NCBI GenBank assembly: GCA_004764695.1
Contig: SMSO01000032.1
Location: 3,504,483-3,568,482 of the forward strand
Reading direction: 5' to 3'
Origin: Schizochytrium sp. TIO01
Lineage: Eukaryota; Protista; Bigyra: Labyrinthulomycetes
Length of the DNA stretch: 64,000 nucleotides
Every line of letters starts with the position of its first letter. Within the stretch, counting starts at the first letter, position 1. Below, one piece after another: positions 62,837 through 64,000 of this stretch. The notes under the pieces were generated by a model that was given only the letters and a program-made list of their open reading frames with translations, was not told the origin of the DNA and did not search any database. Made by a program: the position numbers and the translations under genes.

Positions 62837-64000
62837 TTATCTAGTTGAACCTCCAGATGAAAACCTGTTGGTCAACATGGTGAAGCGAGACTTTGTCTGT
62901 TTCTTAGCAGCATTGGGATCGGCCTCTAAACGTGCAAGACGCTTGCGAACCTTTTCTGTATCTTTTAGATACTTTTCTTGCTCTTCGAGCCGATGCTTCT
63001 GTTCAAGTTCTTGCTGAAAACGGTACATGACTAAGGCCTCAATTGCTGCAGCCTTTTCGAGCTTCTCCGATCCGGTGTACTCCGGACCATACTTAATTCC
63101 TGCTTGCTTGCATTCAGCCACAAGATGTTTTGCATTTGAAGAACCACGGAACTCCTTTGTAGCCTTGTTGACACGCTTTGTAAATTCTTCATTGCTTAGC
63201 TGTTCCACAACTTGACGATGCATGTCTTTACGAATCTCTGCTCGAGCATCTGCCATTTGCTGAATAAGCATATCTGTGTATGCATTTTTTGACAACTCAG
63301 TACCATTCAAAGCTGCATCGATGCCTATGTCTTTACTGGCTTCGTCACGGAGCATGCGCTCGAGGTACGCCTTTTGCTCAAAAAAGGTCTCTTCTTCTAG
63401 ACTTCGTTTCATTTTCACTAGACTAAAGATCTTATTTCTGCGCGCATTGTTGGCACGGAATGGCTTGAAGGTCTCTGCAATTTCATCCTCCACATCTTGA
63501 CGCCCAAGCTCTGCTTTCCAATCTTGCATAAGAGAAAGCTCATTCTCGAGGGCTTTGATTTGTTCTGCTGCAGGATTAGGCTCTTCTTCAGCGGCTTCTC
63601 GTTGCTGCACGCGTTCAAGACCACGACTAGTAGGTAATCCTGCATCCTCGTCATCTTCGCGCTCCTGAATAACAGCAGGCTTCTCCCAGGTAGATTCCTT
63701 GCTAAAATCGTTGAAATAATAGTACCTTGCTGATGCAACATCGTACATCTTCCTCCAAACAGCATACTCATTTGCAGGTGACCATGCGTGCGTGACACGC
63801 CGCCCTTTGGAGTGATACTCCGCGTAGCATTCGTCACAGTAAATATCTCCACAATGCTTGCAATTCTTTGTAGCAGCAACAAGATCGCAGTACGGACACC
63901 AACGATCGCCATACCCTAGGTCTGGCTTCGTATATCGACAAAGATTTTCACACTCGTGCTTTTTACGTTCAGGAGAATTATGCAGCCTTTCCCAACATTG
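62837..64000 (-). CDS. B-box zinc finger / WW domain / coiled-coil protein, 5' end outside the window
   Basis: Frame is open to the window edge: QCWERLHNSPERKKHEC (end of a B-box), CPYCDLVAATKNCKHCGDIYCDECYAEYHSKGRRVTH (B-box), VWRKMYDVASARYYYFNDFSKESTWEKP (WW), then coiled coil. Confidence 0.9.
   Translation of the reverse strand, partial: QCWERLHNSPERKKHECENLCRYTKPDLGYGDRWCPYCDLVAATKNCKHCGDIYCDECYAEYHSKGRRVTHAWSPANEYAVWRKMYDVASARYYYFNDFSKESTWEKPAVIQEREDDEDAGLPTSRGLERVQQREAAEEEPNPAAEQIKALENELSLMQDWKAELGRQDVEDEIAETFKPFRANNARRNKIFSLVKMKRSLEEETFFEQKAYLERMLRDEASKDIGIDAALNGTELSKNAYTDMLIQQMADARAEIRKDMHRQVVEQLSNEEFTKRVNKATKEFRGSSNAKHLVAECKQAGIKYGPEYTGSEKLEKAAAIEALVMYRFQQELEQKHRLEEQEKYLKDTEKVRKRLARLEADPNAAKKQTKSRFTMLTNRFSSGGSTR

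Noticed and set aside
1-64000. tRNA, rRNA, snRNA genes and intact transposase or reverse transcriptase ORFs
   Set aside because: GGTTCGA occurrences lack cloverleaf context, and I recognised no U1/U2/U6, rRNA, RT or DDE signatures by eye; a covariance-model search was not possible

Overview
Eukaryotic genomic DNA, most likely a thraustochytrid/labyrinthulomycete stramenopile. This assignment is inferred from the intron-poor long genes, microsatellite-rich spacers and B-box/WW gene type. Nine protein-coding genes are supported: a 2300-aa DDT/bromodomain/WHIM/PHD chromatin reader with a poly-Q tail, COX6B, a TPR protein, CNOT11, a PH-domain CAMK-like (pseudo)kinase, a two-exon Sulfotransfer_2 protein, a coiled-coil protein with a Cys/His tail, a C3HC4 RING protein, and a 5'-truncated B-box/WW/coiled-coil protein. 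No tRNA, rRNA, CRISPR or intact transposon was seen. The main observation concerns the non-coding DNA. Hand translation across stops and frameshifts shows that almost every non-coding interval, including a ~23 kb gene desert, the short spacers, two introns and a 5' leader, reads as a dense run of decayed leucine-rich-repeat (LRR) coding units in 24-codon register. They form strand-coherent blocks of two classes: AT-rich 'NxLxGxIP' type and GC-richer 'NxIxxLxxGxF' typical type. The non-coding fraction therefore looks built from fossil LRR sequence. This was read by eye and needs a frameshift-aware HMM test with antisense and shuffled controls.
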